Part shown: in pieces, positions 20,088 through 30,113 of the stretch
Numbering within the stretch: position 1 is the first letter of the stretch
Layout: each line of letters starts with the position of its first letter
Assembly (NCBI GenBank): GCA_030529455.1
Contig: JAUMWV010000001.1
Location: 4,754 to 68,753 of the forward strand
Origin: Propionibacteriaceae bacterium
GTDB lineage: Bacteria; Actinomycetota; Actinomycetes; Propionibacteriales; Propionibacteriaceae
Reading direction: 5' to 3'
DNA: 64,000 bases
Position numbers and translations under genes: made by a program
Notes under the pieces: generated by a model
Told to the model about the DNA's origin: nothing
Seen by the model: the letters and a program-made list of their open reading frames with translations, nothing else
Databases searched by the model: none

Positions 20088-21718
20088 GAGACCAGGGACT
20101 GGGTCGAAGCGTCCTGGGACGAGAGGGCGTCCAGGTCACCGAAGACCGCCGGGGCGATCTCCAGAGCGAGTTTCTTGCCCAGCTCGACACCCCACTGGTC
20201 GAAGGAGTCGATGCCCCAGACCACGCCTTGGACGAAGGTGATGTGCTCGTACAGCGCGATCAGCTGGCCGACCACGCTCGGGGTGAGCGCGGGCGCCATG
20301 ATCGAGGTCGTCGGCCGGTTGCCCTCGAAGACCCGCGCCGAGACGATGGGCTCCGGCGTCCCCTCGGCCCGGACCTCCTCGGCGGTCTTGCCGAACGCCA
20401 GCGCAGCGGTCTGGGCGAAGAAGTTCGCCAGGAACAGCCCGTGCACGTCGACGTCGCCGTCCTTGAGCGGGCGGGCCGGGTTGGCGACCGCGATGAAGTC
20501 GGCCGGAATCAGCCGGGTGCCCTGGTGGAGCAGCTGGTAGAACGCGTGCTGGCCGTTGGTCCCCGGCTCGCCCCAGAAGACCTCGCCGGTATGCGAGGTG
20601 ACCGGCGTGCCGTCGGCCCGCACCGACTTGCCGTTGGATTCCATGGTGAGCTGCTGCAGGTAGGCGGCGAAGCGGTGCAGGTATTGCGCATAGGGCAGCA
20701 CCGCGTGGGAGTGGGAGTCGAAGAAGTTGACATACCAGATGTTCAGCAAGCCCATCAGCAGCGGGACGTTCTCCCTAGCCGGGGCGGTGAGGAAGTGCTT
20801 GTCGATCTCGTAGAACCCGGCCAGGAAATCGCGGAAACTGTCCGGCCCGATGGCCACGGCGAGCGCGGTGCCGACCGCCGAGTCGACGCTGTAGCGTCCG
20901 CCCACCCAATCCCAGAAGCCGAAGGCGTTGGCCGGGTCGATCCCGAACTCGGCCACCTTGTCCAGCGCCGTCGAGACAGCCACGAAGTGTTTGGCGATCG
21001 CCGCCGCGTCGTCGGCGATGTCGCGCTCGTGCAGTTCCCGCAGCAGCCAGGCCTTCGCCAGGCGCGCATTGGTCAGCGTCTCCAGCGTCGTGAACGTCTT
21101 GGATGCCACGATGAACAGCGTGGTCTCCGGGTCCAGGCCAGAGACCTTCTCGTAGATGTCGGTCGGGTCGATGTTGCTGACGAAGCGGCACTCGATGCCG
21201 GGCTTCTTGTAGGGCAGCAGCGCCTCGTACACCATGACCGGGCCGAGGTCCGAGCCGCCGATACCGATGTTGACGACCGTCTCGATCCGCTTGCCGGTCA
21301 CGCCCACCCAGGCCCCGGAGCGGACCCGATCGGCGAAGGCGTAGACCTTGCCCAGCACCTCGTGCACGTCGTGCACGACATCCTGGCCGCCGACCTCCAG
21401 CCTGGCCGACTTCGGCAGCCGGAGCGCGGTGTGCAGCACGGAGCGGTCCTCGGTGACGTTGATCCGTTCGCCGGAGAACATGGCTGCCCGGCGTCCCGCC
21501 AGGTCGACCTCCTCGGCGAGCTGGACGAAAGCGTCCAGCACCTCACGGGTGATGAGGTTCTTGCTCAGGTCGACGAACAGGTCTCCAGCCTGGAAGCTGA
21601 AGCTGGCCGCTCGGGTCGGGTCGGCGGCGAACCAGGCGCGCAGGTCGGGCGTCATGGAGTCTTTGAGGGCCTGCAGCCTGGCCCACGCGGCGGTCTTCGT
21701 GGCATCAACCAAAGTCAT
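20060..21718 (-). CDS. pgi: Glucose-6-phosphate isomerase
   Basis: [24 protein letters not shown], 552 aa full length. Confidence 0.95.
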   Translation of the reverse strand: MTLVDATKTAAWARLQALKDSMTPDLRAWFAADPTRAASFSFQAGDLFVDLSKNLITREVLDAFVQLAEEVDLAGRRAAMFSGERINVTEDRSVLHTALRLPKSARLEVGGQDVVHDVHEVLGKVYAFADRVRSGAWVGVTGKRIETVVNIGIGGSDLGPVMVYEALLPYKKPGIECRFVSNIDPTDIYEKVSGLDPETTLFIVASKTFTTLETLTNARLAKAWLLRELHERDIADDAAAIAKHFVAVSTALDKVAEFGIDPANAFGFWDWVGGRYSVDSAVGTALAVAIGPDSFRDFLAGFYEIDKHFLTAPARENVPLLMGLLNIWYVNFFDSHSHAVLPYAQYLHRFAAYLQQLTMESNGKSVRADGTPVTSHTGEVFWGEPGTNGQHAFYQLLHQGTRLIPADFIAVANPARPLKDGDVDVHGLFLANFFAQTAALAFGKTAEEVRAEGTPEPIVSARVFEGNRPTTSIMAPALTPSVVGQLIALYEHITFVQGVVWGIDSFDQWGVELGKKLALEIAPAVFGDLDALSSQDASTQSLVSWYLANRSA

Positions 21719-21763
21719 GCCCCCAGCCTAGCGCCAGCCCCGATGACGCCCGCCTGCTCCCGG

Positions 21764-22504
21764 TTAGCGAACCGAGACGTGCACGTGGTCGTAGTGGTTC
21801 GCGGTCGGGTTACCGCGGTCCTCCATCAGCCGCCAGTAGGGTTTGGCGGCAGTGAAGATCTTCTGCTCGTGGATCACGTACTTCGCCTTGAGCGGGGCCA
21901 ACCCACCGGCGATCCAGTTCGCGATCGCGCGCCGCTGCCCGAGCTCGCCCCAGCAGTCCAGGGCGTTGCCGGTGCGGTGGTCGCTGGACGGGTTCGAGCT
22001 GGCGTAGGTGTTGCAGGTCGACCCGGGGAAGCGCGCCTCGATCTCGCCCTTCAGCCACCACGCACTCGGCGTGTAGCCGCCGTTGGGCCCGATCGAGGGC
22101 TCGTGCGGGTTGGTGGGATAGCCCGGCTGCGCGCTATCGCAGGCCGGGATCGACCCGGCGGTGCCGCCCCGCACGTAAGCCGCCGAGACGTAGCCGGTCT
22201 TACCGGCGTAGGTGATCTTGTTCCAGACGTTGGTGGTGCCCTGGGTGCCCCGGATATTGGCTCCCGTGGTCTTACAGGTGAGGCTGATGGCCGTCCCGTT
22301 CGGCACCTTGCCCAGCCTGGACGAGGCGGTGGTGGGCGCGGACCTGATGGTCAGCGTCGCCCCGCCGGTGGCGACGACCCCCGTAGCGGCGTGCGCCACC
22401 CCCGGGACGAGAAGCACCGGCGCGACGGACAGCGCGATCGCGAGTGCGGCTGAAACGGTCAGCTTACGGACTGGAATGGACATGACTACTCTCCTTCCGG
22501 CCAC
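21764..22504 (-). CDS. Secreted SH3b-domain protein with C-terminal LAS-type (H-x6-D ... H-x-H) hydrolase-like domain
   Basis: Signal peptide ..VPGVAHA. The SH3b-like segment is LTIRSAPTTASSRLGKVPNGT..WNKITYAGKTGYVSAAYV. SSDHRTGNALD and C-terminal ANHYDHVHVSV. Confidence 0.72.
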   Translation of the reverse strand: MAGRRVVMSIPVRKLTVSAALAIALSVAPVLLVPGVAHAATGVVATGGATLTIRSAPTTASSRLGKVPNGTAISLTCKTTGANIRGTQGTTNVWNKITYAGKTGYVSAAYVRGGTAGSIPACDSAQPGYPTNPHEPSIGPNGGYTPSAWWLKGEIEARFPGSTCNTYASSNPSSDHRTGNALDCWGELGQRRAIANWIAGGLAPLKAKYVIHEQKIFTAAKPYWRLMEDRGNPTANHYDHVHVSVR

Positions 22505-22623
22505 GAGACACGGCCCCCATCCGGACAGGGGACTCTTACCTCCGCTGCGGAGTATCCCGCCAGGCGTTCCGGCGCGGATGGTGCGCCGTTGGCCCAGCCA
22601 GCAGGCCCCTCAGCCGGGCCCGC

Positions 22624-23712
22624 TTAGCCGACGGAGATGTGCACGTGGTCGTAGTGGTTGGCAGTCACGCTGCCGCGGTCGGCCATCGGACGCCAGGTTG
22701 GACGCTGCTTGGTCCAGATGCGCTGGGCGTAGATGACCTGGTCGATCTTCAGGGCACCGGCGTTGGCGGCCGCCCACTTGGCCATCTGCCAGCCGAGGTC
22801 GCGGTCGTAGACCATGGCGTCGATCGCGGCGCCGCGGGTGTGGTAGCTCCACGACTCGGCCCTGCGGTAGCCCCCGTAGCTCTTGATCTGCGGGAACTCA
22901 GCGCAGAAGGCGCGGAAGACCCGCTTGGTGTTGGCGGTGATGCCCGACTCGATGGCCGAACCGTGGCGGCACGGGGCCGTCGAGTAGCCGCCGCTGCTGC
23001 TCGCCACCTCCCCTTCCGGGACCTCGCTGGAGCGCGGCGCGGAAGGCTTCTTGCTGGGTTTGGCAGCGAGGAACTTGGACGCGACCCAGGCGGCCGAACC
23101 GTCCCGGTTGATCTGCTGCCACTCGTCTTGGACGACGTTGGTGATGGTCACCTGCTGCCCGCTGTTGAGTGTGGCGATCACCTCGCTGTCCGTGCCGGGA
23201 CCGCTGCGGAGGTTCACCCCGCCGCGGGTGACGTACCTGGTGCCAGCGTCCTTGCCGAGCGCCGGAACCGTCGGCTCCGCAGGCTTGGGGGCGGGGCTCT
23301 CGGCGGGCTCCTGCTCTGGCTCGGGCGATGCGGTGGCCTCCGGCGTCGGGGTGGGGCTCGGGACGCCCTCAGCGAGGTCGCCCTCCAGTTCGGGGCGGGT
23401 CGCTGCGCGGCTCAGGCCAGCCAGCTCGCTGCCGTCCGGCGCGACGCCCATCACGGCCTGCTCGGGAGCGGGCACGGCCTCCACGGGACGGTTGAAGATG
23501 CCCACGCCGACCATGGTCGAGAAGGCGGCCATGACGGCCACCGGCGCGAGGGAGCGGCGCCACAGGCCGATCCGGCGGGAGCTCTTGGTAAATGATGCGA
23601 CAGCGGGAGCCTCATCGCTCGCTGCCCGACGCGGGCTGCACTCGACACCCTCTGCTTCGACGGGCACGTCGAAGGCGTCGGTGTCGGCGTAAGCTCGTCG
23701 AGGTCCGGCCAT
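22624..23712 (-). CDS. Membrane-anchored paralog: SH3b + the same LAS-like C-domain
   Basis: TM segment LAPVAVMAAFSTMVGVGIF, Pro/Glu-rich linker, SH3b-like NLRSGPGTDSEVIATLNSGQQV..WQQINRDGSAAWVASKFL. SYHTRGAAID and TANHYDHVHISV. Confidence 0.72.
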   Translation of the reverse strand: MAGPRRAYADTDAFDVPVEAEGVECSPRRAASDEAPAVASFTKSSRRIGLWRRSLAPVAVMAAFSTMVGVGIFNRPVEAVPAPEQAVMGVAPDGSELAGLSRAATRPELEGDLAEGVPSPTPTPEATASPEPEQEPAESPAPKPAEPTVPALGKDAGTRYVTRGGVNLRSGPGTDSEVIATLNSGQQVTITNVVQDEWQQINRDGSAAWVASKFLAAKPSKKPSAPRSSEVPEGEVASSSGGYSTAPCRHGSAIESGITANTKRVFRAFCAEFPQIKSYGGYRRAESWSYHTRGAAIDAMVYDRDLGWQMAKWAAANAGALKIDQVIYAQRIWTKQRPTWRPMADRGSVTANHYDHVHISVG

Positions 23713-23732
23713 CTGTAGTCCTCCTGGTTGGG

Positions 23733-23763
23733 AATTCTCAGGAAATACTAAGCAATTCTCAGG
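23733..23763. repeat. Two exact AATTCTCAGG direct repeats, 21-bp period, in a divergent promoter region
   Basis: Copies at 23733-23742 and 23754-23763, between the starts at 23712 (-) and 23851 (+). Confidence 0.6.
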
Positions 23764-23850
23764 TTAGTTTCAAGGTGGGTCGTCCGATGTCTGCGAACCC
23801 CGTTGTCGCCCCCTATGATGAGGCGGGTCCTCAGGCCTGAAGGGAGACAC

Positions 23851-24873
23851 ATGCGTGTACGGCTCGCCATCCGGCGACACCTCGGCGCGATCCTGCTCGC
23901 TGGCGCGCTGGCGCTGTTCGCCGCGCCTGGCGCCCACGCAGCGGTGAAGACTGACACCCAGGCCGCGGCCGGTGTGACGGCATCGGGCGCGGTCTCCGGC
24001 ACCGGAACCGTGAGCGCGAAAGGTAAGGGCGTCGCCTCCGCACCCGTGGAGATCCTGCTGGACGGCGTCGTGGTCCAGACCACCACCACGGACGCCAAGG
24101 GCGAGTTCCCCATCGACTTCTCGATGGGCTCGGCCGGGGCAGGCACCCACACGATCACCGCCCGGTTCGGCGGCAACGCCACCTACACCGGCTCCAGCAT
24201 CGACCTGGTCGTCGAGATCGGGGGCGCGCTCCCGGGCCGGATCAGCGGCAGCGTCGATCCGGGCACCGTGGTCGCCGGGGACATTCTCAGCGTGAGCGGG
24301 GCCCTCGCCGACGCCAGCGGGGCGCCCGTGGCCAGCGCGCTCATCAGCTTCGCCCTTGGGGGACGCGCGGTGCAGGAGTCGACCACCTCGACCGGGCCGG
24401 ACGGCTCCTTCTCGTCCATCGTCGCGATCCCCGACGATCAGCAGCCGGGCTCGCTGCACCTCGTCGTCCGCTACGCCGGGAACGCCACGGTGGGGGCGGC
24501 CAGCGAAGGCTGGGACATCACGGTCGAGCGGCCCGCGCCCGTCAGCACACCCACCCCGAGCGAGTCCCCGGCACCGGAGCCTTCCCCCTCGGCATCGCCC
24601 GCCCCCAGCCCGGAGACGGCTCCGTCGCCCTCCGCCCAGGCGAGCGCCGCCGCGACCCCGCTTCCCGGGGGCAGCGCGTCCGGGGGCATCCCGTGGTTCG
24701 CCGTCACGACGCTGGCGATCGCCGTCGGGGTCGGCACCGTCACCGCTTTCTTCGCCTATCGTTCCCGGGCCGGACGCGGCGGGCGTTACCTGGCGGCCGA
24801 CACCGACCGGGGCCTGCTGGACGATCTGGGCGGCTCGCTCACCGGCCACGACGATCCCCCCGCGACCCGCTGA
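23851..24873 (+). CDS. Secreted Ig-like-repeat protein with Pro-rich stalk and C-terminal TM anchor
   Basis: GAAGGGAG RBS. Signal peptide ..FAAPGAHAA. The repeat ends are ITARFGGNATYTGSS and LVVRYAGNATVGAAS. PSPxP stalk, TM segment WFAVTTLAIAVGVGTVTAFFA. Confidence 0.7.
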   Translation: MRVRLAIRRHLGAILLAGALALFAAPGAHAAVKTDTQAAAGVTASGAVSGTGTVSAKGKGVASAPVEILLDGVVVQTTTTDAKGEFPIDFSMGSAGAGTHTITARFGGNATYTGSSIDLVVEIGGALPGRISGSVDPGTVVAGDILSVSGALADASGAPVASALISFALGGRAVQESTTSTGPDGSFSSIVAIPDDQQPGSLHLVVRYAGNATVGAASEGWDITVERPAPVSTPTPSESPAPEPSPSASPAPSPETAPSPSAQASAAATPLPGGSASGGIPWFAVTTLAIAVGVGTVTAFFAYRSRAGRGGRYLAADTDRGLLDDLGGSLTGHDDPPATR

Positions 24874-24953
24874 CCGGGCGACGGGCTCCTGAATCGGGCC
24901 GTGGCCGGGTCGCGGCTAGGCCGCCGGTGTGGCCTTCTCCTATTCTCTACGGC

Positions 24954-25769
24954 ATGACTTCGACGCAACCAGCCCCGAGCCCGTCCGGGCAGCCCTCCTC
25001 CCAGCCCCGCGGCCCCATGATCGCCTGGGTGCTGGTGGGTGTCCTCGCCGTCGCCTGCGCGGTCCTGGCCGGGATGCTGGTGATGCAGTCGGCCCAGCTC
25101 GCCGAGCTGCGGGCCACCCCGGCCACCGCGGCCGTGCCAGCCACCCACGCCCCCAGCGCCACCGCGCGCCCCCAGGCGGCCGATCTGCCCCAGCCGGTGA
25201 CCGACCCCAAGGCCCTCGAGATCGCCCGCGGGCTGCCGCGGCGGGACGCGAACGACCCGCTCGCGCTGGGCAAGACCGACGCCAAGGTCGTCCTCACGGT
25301 CTGGAGCGATTTCCGCTGCCCGTTCTGCTCTAAGTGGGAGCGGGAGACCCTCCCCGCCCTCAAACCGTTCGTCGACTCGGGCAGCCTGCGGATCGAGCAC
25401 CGTGACCTGGTGCTGTTCGGGGAGGATTCCGAGCGCGCCGCCGTCGCCGCCCGCGCCGCGGGCCGCCAGGGCAAGTTCTGGGAGTACGCTGCCGCGGTCG
25501 CCCAGGCCGCCCCGGCCTCGGGCCATCCCCCGATGCCGGAAGCGAAGGTCAAGGAGTTCGCCACCTCGGCGGGCCTGGACGCCGCCCGGTTCGCCGCCGA
25601 CCTCGCCGACCCAGAGCTGGCGAAGGCCGCGCAGGCCGACACCGCCCACGCCAACCAGATCGGCATCACGGGGACACCGTTCTTCATCGTCAACGACACC
25701 CCGATCCATGGGGCCTACCCCACCGAGGTCTTCGTCAAGGTCATCGAGTCCTACGGCGGCACGAAGTAG
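24954..25769 (+). CDS. DsbA-family thioredoxin-fold oxidoreductase, membrane-anchored
   Basis: TM segment IAWVLVGVLAVACAVLAGMLV. WSDFRCPFCSKWE (CPFC active site). GITGTPFFIVN. Confidence 0.85.
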   Translation: MTSTQPAPSPSGQPSSQPRGPMIAWVLVGVLAVACAVLAGMLVMQSAQLAELRATPATAAVPATHAPSATARPQAADLPQPVTDPKALEIARGLPRRDANDPLALGKTDAKVVLTVWSDFRCPFCSKWERETLPALKPFVDSGSLRIEHRDLVLFGEDSERAAVAARAAGRQGKFWEYAAAVAQAAPASGHPPMPEAKVKEFATSAGLDAARFAADLADPELAKAAQADTAHANQIGITGTPFFIVNDTPIHGAYPTEVFVKVIESYGGTK

Positions 25770-25790
25770 CCCGGCGAGTCGCCGCGACGG

Positions 25791-26381
25791 CTAGCCGCTG
25801 AGCGAGGCGAACGAGCCGCAGCGGTCTCGCAGGGCGGCCAGGTCGCCGTCGTCCAGCGCGTCCCCGAGCAGGTTCGCATCGGCGACGGCCGCCCTGGCGC
25901 CCGCCTTGAACCAGCGTTCGATCGCGTAGGCGCCCAGCGCGTGCCGCGGCAGGCAGCGCTCCGCCAGCCCGAGCGAGGCGACCGCCTCGGCGAAGCTCGG
26001 GCCGAGGACGTCGGCGGGAAACACCTGCGCCCCGGCGACCGGAAGGTCGAGGACGCGGCGGATCTCGTCGGGGGTCATCGCCATGGGGTAGACCGCGGCG
26101 TCCCCGCAGGCGGCCAGCAGGTCGGCGTCGGCGACGTCGCTCAGCACGAAGCTCGCCCCGACCGCGACCGCCTCGGCGGCCTGCTGCGGGGTGCGCACGC
26201 CGTGCACCCCGATCCGGGCGCGGGAGCCGTAGATGTTCACCCAGGATTCCAGGCCGGGCTCAGCCGCGGGGAAGGACAGGGTGGCCAAGCCCTCCTGGAC
26301 CAGCACCTCCACCACGCCGATCAGGTCATCGAAAGGGGCTTCGGTGAGGGCAACGACAACGCCGGTGAGAGGTTCGGTCAT
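25791..26381 (-). CDS. KDPG/KHG aldolase-family-like protein
   Basis: About 196 aa TIM-barrel-like pattern (VVALTEAP..VEVLVQEGL..IGVHGVRTPQQAAEAV..GASFV..PMAMTPDEI..VFPADVLG). I did not confirm the catalytic Lys. Confidence 0.5.
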   Translation of the reverse strand: MTEPLTGVVVALTEAPFDDLIGVVEVLVQEGLATLSFPAAEPGLESWVNIYGSRARIGVHGVRTPQQAAEAVAVGASFVLSDVADADLLAACGDAAVYPMAMTPDEIRRVLDLPVAGAQVFPADVLGPSFAEAVASLGLAERCLPRHALGAYAIERWFKAGARAAVADANLLGDALDDGDLAALRDRCGSFASLSG

Positions 26382-26388
26382 GCCCCCA

Positions 26389-27618
26389 TCATGCCGCACG
26401 GGTCAGGCGTCCCAGTAGCACCGCTAGGCCGAGGGTGAGGACCCACAGGCCGCCGACCAGGGCTAGGACGCCGGGCCAGGCCCCAGCCGACCAGGCGGGC
26501 CCGGCCAACCCGCCGAGGACACCCGCCCCCAGGTAATAGGAGAACAGGTAGAACGACGCCGCCTGCCCCGGCCCGTTGCCGGTCTGGCTCGCCCGGATCG
26601 CCACCCAGCCGCTGGCCACCCCGTGGGCGGCGAAGAAACCCGCCGTGAACACCACGACCCCCACGATGACCAGCGGCAGCGGCGCCGCGGCGGTCAGCCC
26701 CAGCCCGGCGAGGGCCAGCACCATCGCCCAGAGCAGCACCCGGGCGTAGCCGTGGCGGTCCGCCAGGGCTCCGGCGCCACCCGCCGAGACCGACCCGACG
26801 GCGTAGGTGACGAAGACCAGGGAGGACACCGCCAGGGGCAGCCCGTAGGGTTCGGCGGTCAACCGGAACCCGAGCGCGTTGAACACCGCGACGAAACCGC
26901 CCATGAGCGTCCCCGAGACGCAGTACAGGCACACCAGGCCGGGCTCGCGCAGGGCCCGGAACGCGCCACCGAGCACCTCTCGCGGCTGGGGGCTCGCTGG
27001 GACGAAGCGGCGGGACGGCGGCAGCAGCCACCACGCGGTGATCGCGCAGCCCAGCGCCAGCGTCCCCAGAGCCGCGAAGGCGAAGCGCCAGCCCAGCGCG
27101 TCCCCGAGTATCCCGGCGATGAGGCGTCCCGACATGCCGCCGATCGCGGTGCCGCCGATGTAGAGCCCGACGGCGCGGGAGGTGGCGCTGGGGTGCACCT
27201 CCTCCCGCAGGTAGGCGGTCGCGACCGCGGGCAGCCCGGCCAGCGCGACCCCCTGCACCGCCCGCAGCACGATCAGGACGGGCCAGCTGGGGGCCAGGCT
27301 GCAGGCGAGCGCCACCACGGCCGAGGTGAACAGGGAGGCGAAGATCAGCGGCGTCCGCCCGAGGACCTCGGTGCCGGGCCCGGCGATCAGCAGGGCGAGG
27401 CCGAGCCCGACCATCGTCGCCGAGACGCTCAGCATCGCCTGGCCGGGGCTGAGCACGAAATCGGCGGCCAGTTCGGGCAGCAGCGGCTGCGGGGCGTGCA
27501 CCAGCGCGAAGGTCGCCAGGCCAGCGAGGAACAACGCCACGGCGACCCTGCGGTAGCCGGGCTCTCCTGGCCGGTAGCCCTCGCTCATACCACCTAGGTC
27601 TACACCCAGCGCGGTCAT
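26389..27618 (-). CDS. MFS transporter
   Basis: 409 aa with about 12 hydrophobic helices and a typical MFS loop (GPGTEVLGRTP). The antisense ORF 26378-27781 is Arg/Pro junk. Confidence 0.85.
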   Translation of the reverse strand: MTALGVDLGGMSEGYRPGEPGYRRVAVALFLAGLATFALVHAPQPLLPELAADFVLSPGQAMLSVSATMVGLGLALLIAGPGTEVLGRTPLIFASLFTSAVVALACSLAPSWPVLIVLRAVQGVALAGLPAVATAYLREEVHPSATSRAVGLYIGGTAIGGMSGRLIAGILGDALGWRFAFAALGTLALGCAITAWWLLPPSRRFVPASPQPREVLGGAFRALREPGLVCLYCVSGTLMGGFVAVFNALGFRLTAEPYGLPLAVSSLVFVTYAVGSVSAGGAGALADRHGYARVLLWAMVLALAGLGLTAAAPLPLVIVGVVVFTAGFFAAHGVASGWVAIRASQTGNGPGQAASFYLFSYYLGAGVLGGLAGPAWSAGAWPGVLALVGGLWVLTLGLAVLLGRLTRAA

Positions 27619-27751
27619 CCCGTGGGGACCGCACCGGTTCCGGCGTCCCGCGCTCCCCCAGCCCGGCGGGCGATCGCGCCCCGCCCGCCCGGGGTCGGTC
27701 TCGCGGCATCCTGCCCTGTCCCGGCGGGGTCCCAGGGGGTATCGTCACCCC

Positions 27752-28390
27752 ATGACAACGCGCATCATCTTGTGTCGGCACGGTGTCACGGCGCTGACCG
27801 AATCCGGACGCTGGGATGGTCGCGGCGGGCTCAACCCGCCGCTCAACGACACCGGACGCGCCCAGGCGGCCTACCTGGCGGCACGCGCGAGCGCGCTACT
27901 GTCTGGTTCGGGACCGGTGCGGGTGTTCTCGTCCACGCTGGAGCGCGCGGTCCAGACCGCGGCTCCGGTCGCCGCGGCCCTCGGTGTGGAGCCCTGCCCC
28001 GACCCGGTCTGGGACGAGCTGGCCTTCGGCGAGTGGGACGGCCGCAGCGGGCACGAGTTGCGCACCGCCCACCCCGACCTGGTCGAACGGTTCTGGCACG
28101 ACGAGACCTTCCGTCCACCCGGCGGGGAGAGCCACACCGACCTGCACGCCCGGGTGCGTCCGGCCTTCCAGGCGCTGCTGGACGCGGGCGGGACCACGGT
28201 CGTGGTGTCCCACTGGGGGCCGATCATGAGCGTGTTCTCGCTGCTGCTCGGCCTGGACCTCGGCCCCGCCCGGAGGCTGGCCTTCGCCCCGGCCAGCATG
28301 TCTGGGGTCTCCACCAACCGGTTCGGCCCCGTGGTGGAGTTCATCAACGACCTTGGCGCACTGCCAGCGTCGGACCTGGCCAACCGGTAA
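27752..28390 (+). CDS. Histidine phosphatase (phosphoglycerate-mutase-like) family protein
   Basis: ILCRHGVT (RHG motif), ERAVQTA, VVSHWGPI. Confidence 0.85.
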   Translation: MTTRIILCRHGVTALTESGRWDGRGGLNPPLNDTGRAQAAYLAARASALLSGSGPVRVFSSTLERAVQTAAPVAAALGVEPCPDPVWDELAFGEWDGRSGHELRTAHPDLVERFWHDETFRPPGGESHTDLHARVRPAFQALLDAGGTTVVVSHWGPIMSVFSLLLGLDLGPARRLAFAPASMSGVSTNRFGPVVEFINDLGALPASDLANR

Positions 28391-28420
28391 CCTCGGACAA
28401 ACGACCAAGGAGGGTAGTCC

Positions 28421-28885
28421 ATGCGCATATTCAGCGAAGCCATCCCCGACGGCGCCGAGATCGGGATGGATCAGGCCGAGACCGGCACCGGCGGCCGCAA
28501 CATCAGCCCCGACCTCACCTGGGGAGGCGCACCGAAGGGCACCAAGAGTTTCGCGATCACGGTCTTCGACCCGGACGCCCCCACCGGTTCCGGGTGGTGG
28601 CACTGGGTCGTCGTCGACATCCCGGCCGATGTGGGCCACCTGCCAGCCGGAGGCCCCCTGCCGGAGGGCGCGGTCGAGAAGATCAACGACTTCGGCTACG
28701 CCGGATACGGTGGCCCCTACCCGCCGCCCGGCCCGGCCCACCGCTACGTCCACACCGTTCACGCCCTCGACGTCGAGACCCTGGGGCTGCCCGAGGACGC
28801 CTCGTGCGCGATGGCGCGGCTCTACGTGAGTTTCCACGAGCTGGGGCGGGCGAGCTTCACCGGGACCTTCCAGAACCGGGGCTAA
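28421..28885 (+). CDS. YbhB/YbcL (PEBP, Raf-kinase-inhibitor-like) family protein
   Basis: ISPDLTWGG, FDPDAPTGSGWWHW, GPYPPPGPAHRYVHTVHALD. Confidence 0.9.
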   Translation: MRIFSEAIPDGAEIGMDQAETGTGGRNISPDLTWGGAPKGTKSFAITVFDPDAPTGSGWWHWVVVDIPADVGHLPAGGPLPEGAVEKINDFGYAGYGGPYPPPGPAHRYVHTVHALDVETLGLPEDASCAMARLYVSFHELGRASFTGTFQNRG

Positions 28886-28939
28886 ACCCAGCGGGGCTGG
28901 CCGGGTCACCTTGACCCCACCGCCCGTACGCTGTCTGGC

Positions 28940-29803
28940 ATGTCCCAGACTCTGACCAGTCTCCTTCTCGCCGGGGCCGGTGGCGTGCTGCTGTGGCTGT
29001 GGGCGGCGGCCGTGTGGGGCCGGGGCAGTCTCGCCCGGATCGTCGGCGCAGCCAGGCAGGCCCCCGCGGCTTCGGCGGTCTCGGCGGCGGCCCGGCTGTG
29101 GCTGCTGTCGCTGCTGCCGCTCGGCGCCTGCCTGCTGATCCTGGGGACCATGATGGTGCCGGGCTTCCCCGCCCCCTGGATTCCGGCGGCGGCCATGCTG
29201 TTCGTGGGTGTCACCGTCGTGCTGGTCGTGAGCCTGGTCTGGGCCGTTATCCCGGGGCTTGGCCTGCCCGCTTTCCTGACCGCGGGCCCAGCCCGGCCCG
29301 CTGACCAGCTGCCCGAGGTCGGGCTGGAGCCGGGGACGACGCAGGTCCTCCCCGCGCCGCGGCCGGTCGCCGTAGCGGTGTCGGGCCTAGCCTTGGCGGC
29401 GCTGGGGGCCTGGGGCCTCTGGTCGGCGGTTCACCCGGTGGCGAAGGTCCTGGCCACGCTCGGGCTGCTGCTCGGCGTGGCGGCGCTGCTGATCGCGGCT
29501 CCCCGGCTGCTCAGGGGCGGACGGCTGGTGCTCGACCGGACGGGGCTGGTCGACCAGACCACCGCGGTCACCAAGACGGTCCGCTGGGTGGATGTGGTCG
29601 ATATCCGCCCCGGGCCGCTGTCGGCGGTCCTCACCCTGAGCAGCGTGGAGGCTGCCCGCGCCGCCTTCCCCCGCGCCATGCGGTGGGCGGTGCAGGGCCC
29701 CCAGATCGAGGTGGCGGCCTTCCCGCTCAGGCTGAGCGTCCCGCAGCTGGTTCAGGTGCTGACCCTGGCCCGGCAGCGGTCCGGCGACCCTGGCCGCTGG
29801 TAG
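28940..29803 (+). CDS. Polytopic membrane protein with C-terminal PH-like cytoplasmic domain
   Basis: Several hydrophobic helices, then GGRLVLDRTGLVDQTTAVTKTVRWVDVVDIRPG, a bacterial-PH-like strand pattern. Confidence 0.55.
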   Translation: MSQTLTSLLLAGAGGVLLWLWAAAVWGRGSLARIVGAARQAPAASAVSAAARLWLLSLLPLGACLLILGTMMVPGFPAPWIPAAAMLFVGVTVVLVVSLVWAVIPGLGLPAFLTAGPARPADQLPEVGLEPGTTQVLPAPRPVAVAVSGLALAALGAWGLWSAVHPVAKVLATLGLLLGVAALLIAAPRLLRGGRLVLDRTGLVDQTTAVTKTVRWVDVVDIRPGPLSAVLTLSSVEAARAAFPRAMRWAVQGPQIEVAAFPLRLSVPQLVQVLTLARQRSGDPGRW

Positions 29804-29832
29804 CGTCGTGCCTGCTTGTTAGGAGGTTCGCG

Positions 29833-30111
29833 ATGGGAAGTGGCACCCTCGCCGTCGACACCGCCGCGCTGCGGTCGGTTTACTCCACGTACGAGGACCT
29901 TCACTCCACGATGGCGGCCGCCGCGATCCAGCAGCCAGCCGGTTTCGACCGGTCCAACGGGCACGCGACCAACGCAGCTGGCACCATCGGCGAGGGGATC
30001 TCTGGTTTCGTCACCGCGATCGGCGAACTGGCGAGCGCGGTGTGGGAGGTCGCCCAGCACTATCAGCACGTGGACGCCTGCGTCAGCCACGACTTCGACA
30101 GGTTCGACTGA
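29833..30111 (+). CDS. Small (92 aa) helical protein, candidate secretion partner of the downstream WXG-type protein
   Basis: AGGAGG RBS. MGSGTLAVDTAALRSVYSTYEDLHSTM..IGELASAVWEVAQHYQHVD. The stop lies 2 nt before the next ATG. Confidence 0.55.
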   Translation: MGSGTLAVDTAALRSVYSTYEDLHSTMAAAAIQQPAGFDRSNGHATNAAGTIGEGISGFVTAIGELASAVWEVAQHYQHVDACVSHDFDRFD

Positions 30112-30113
30112 CC

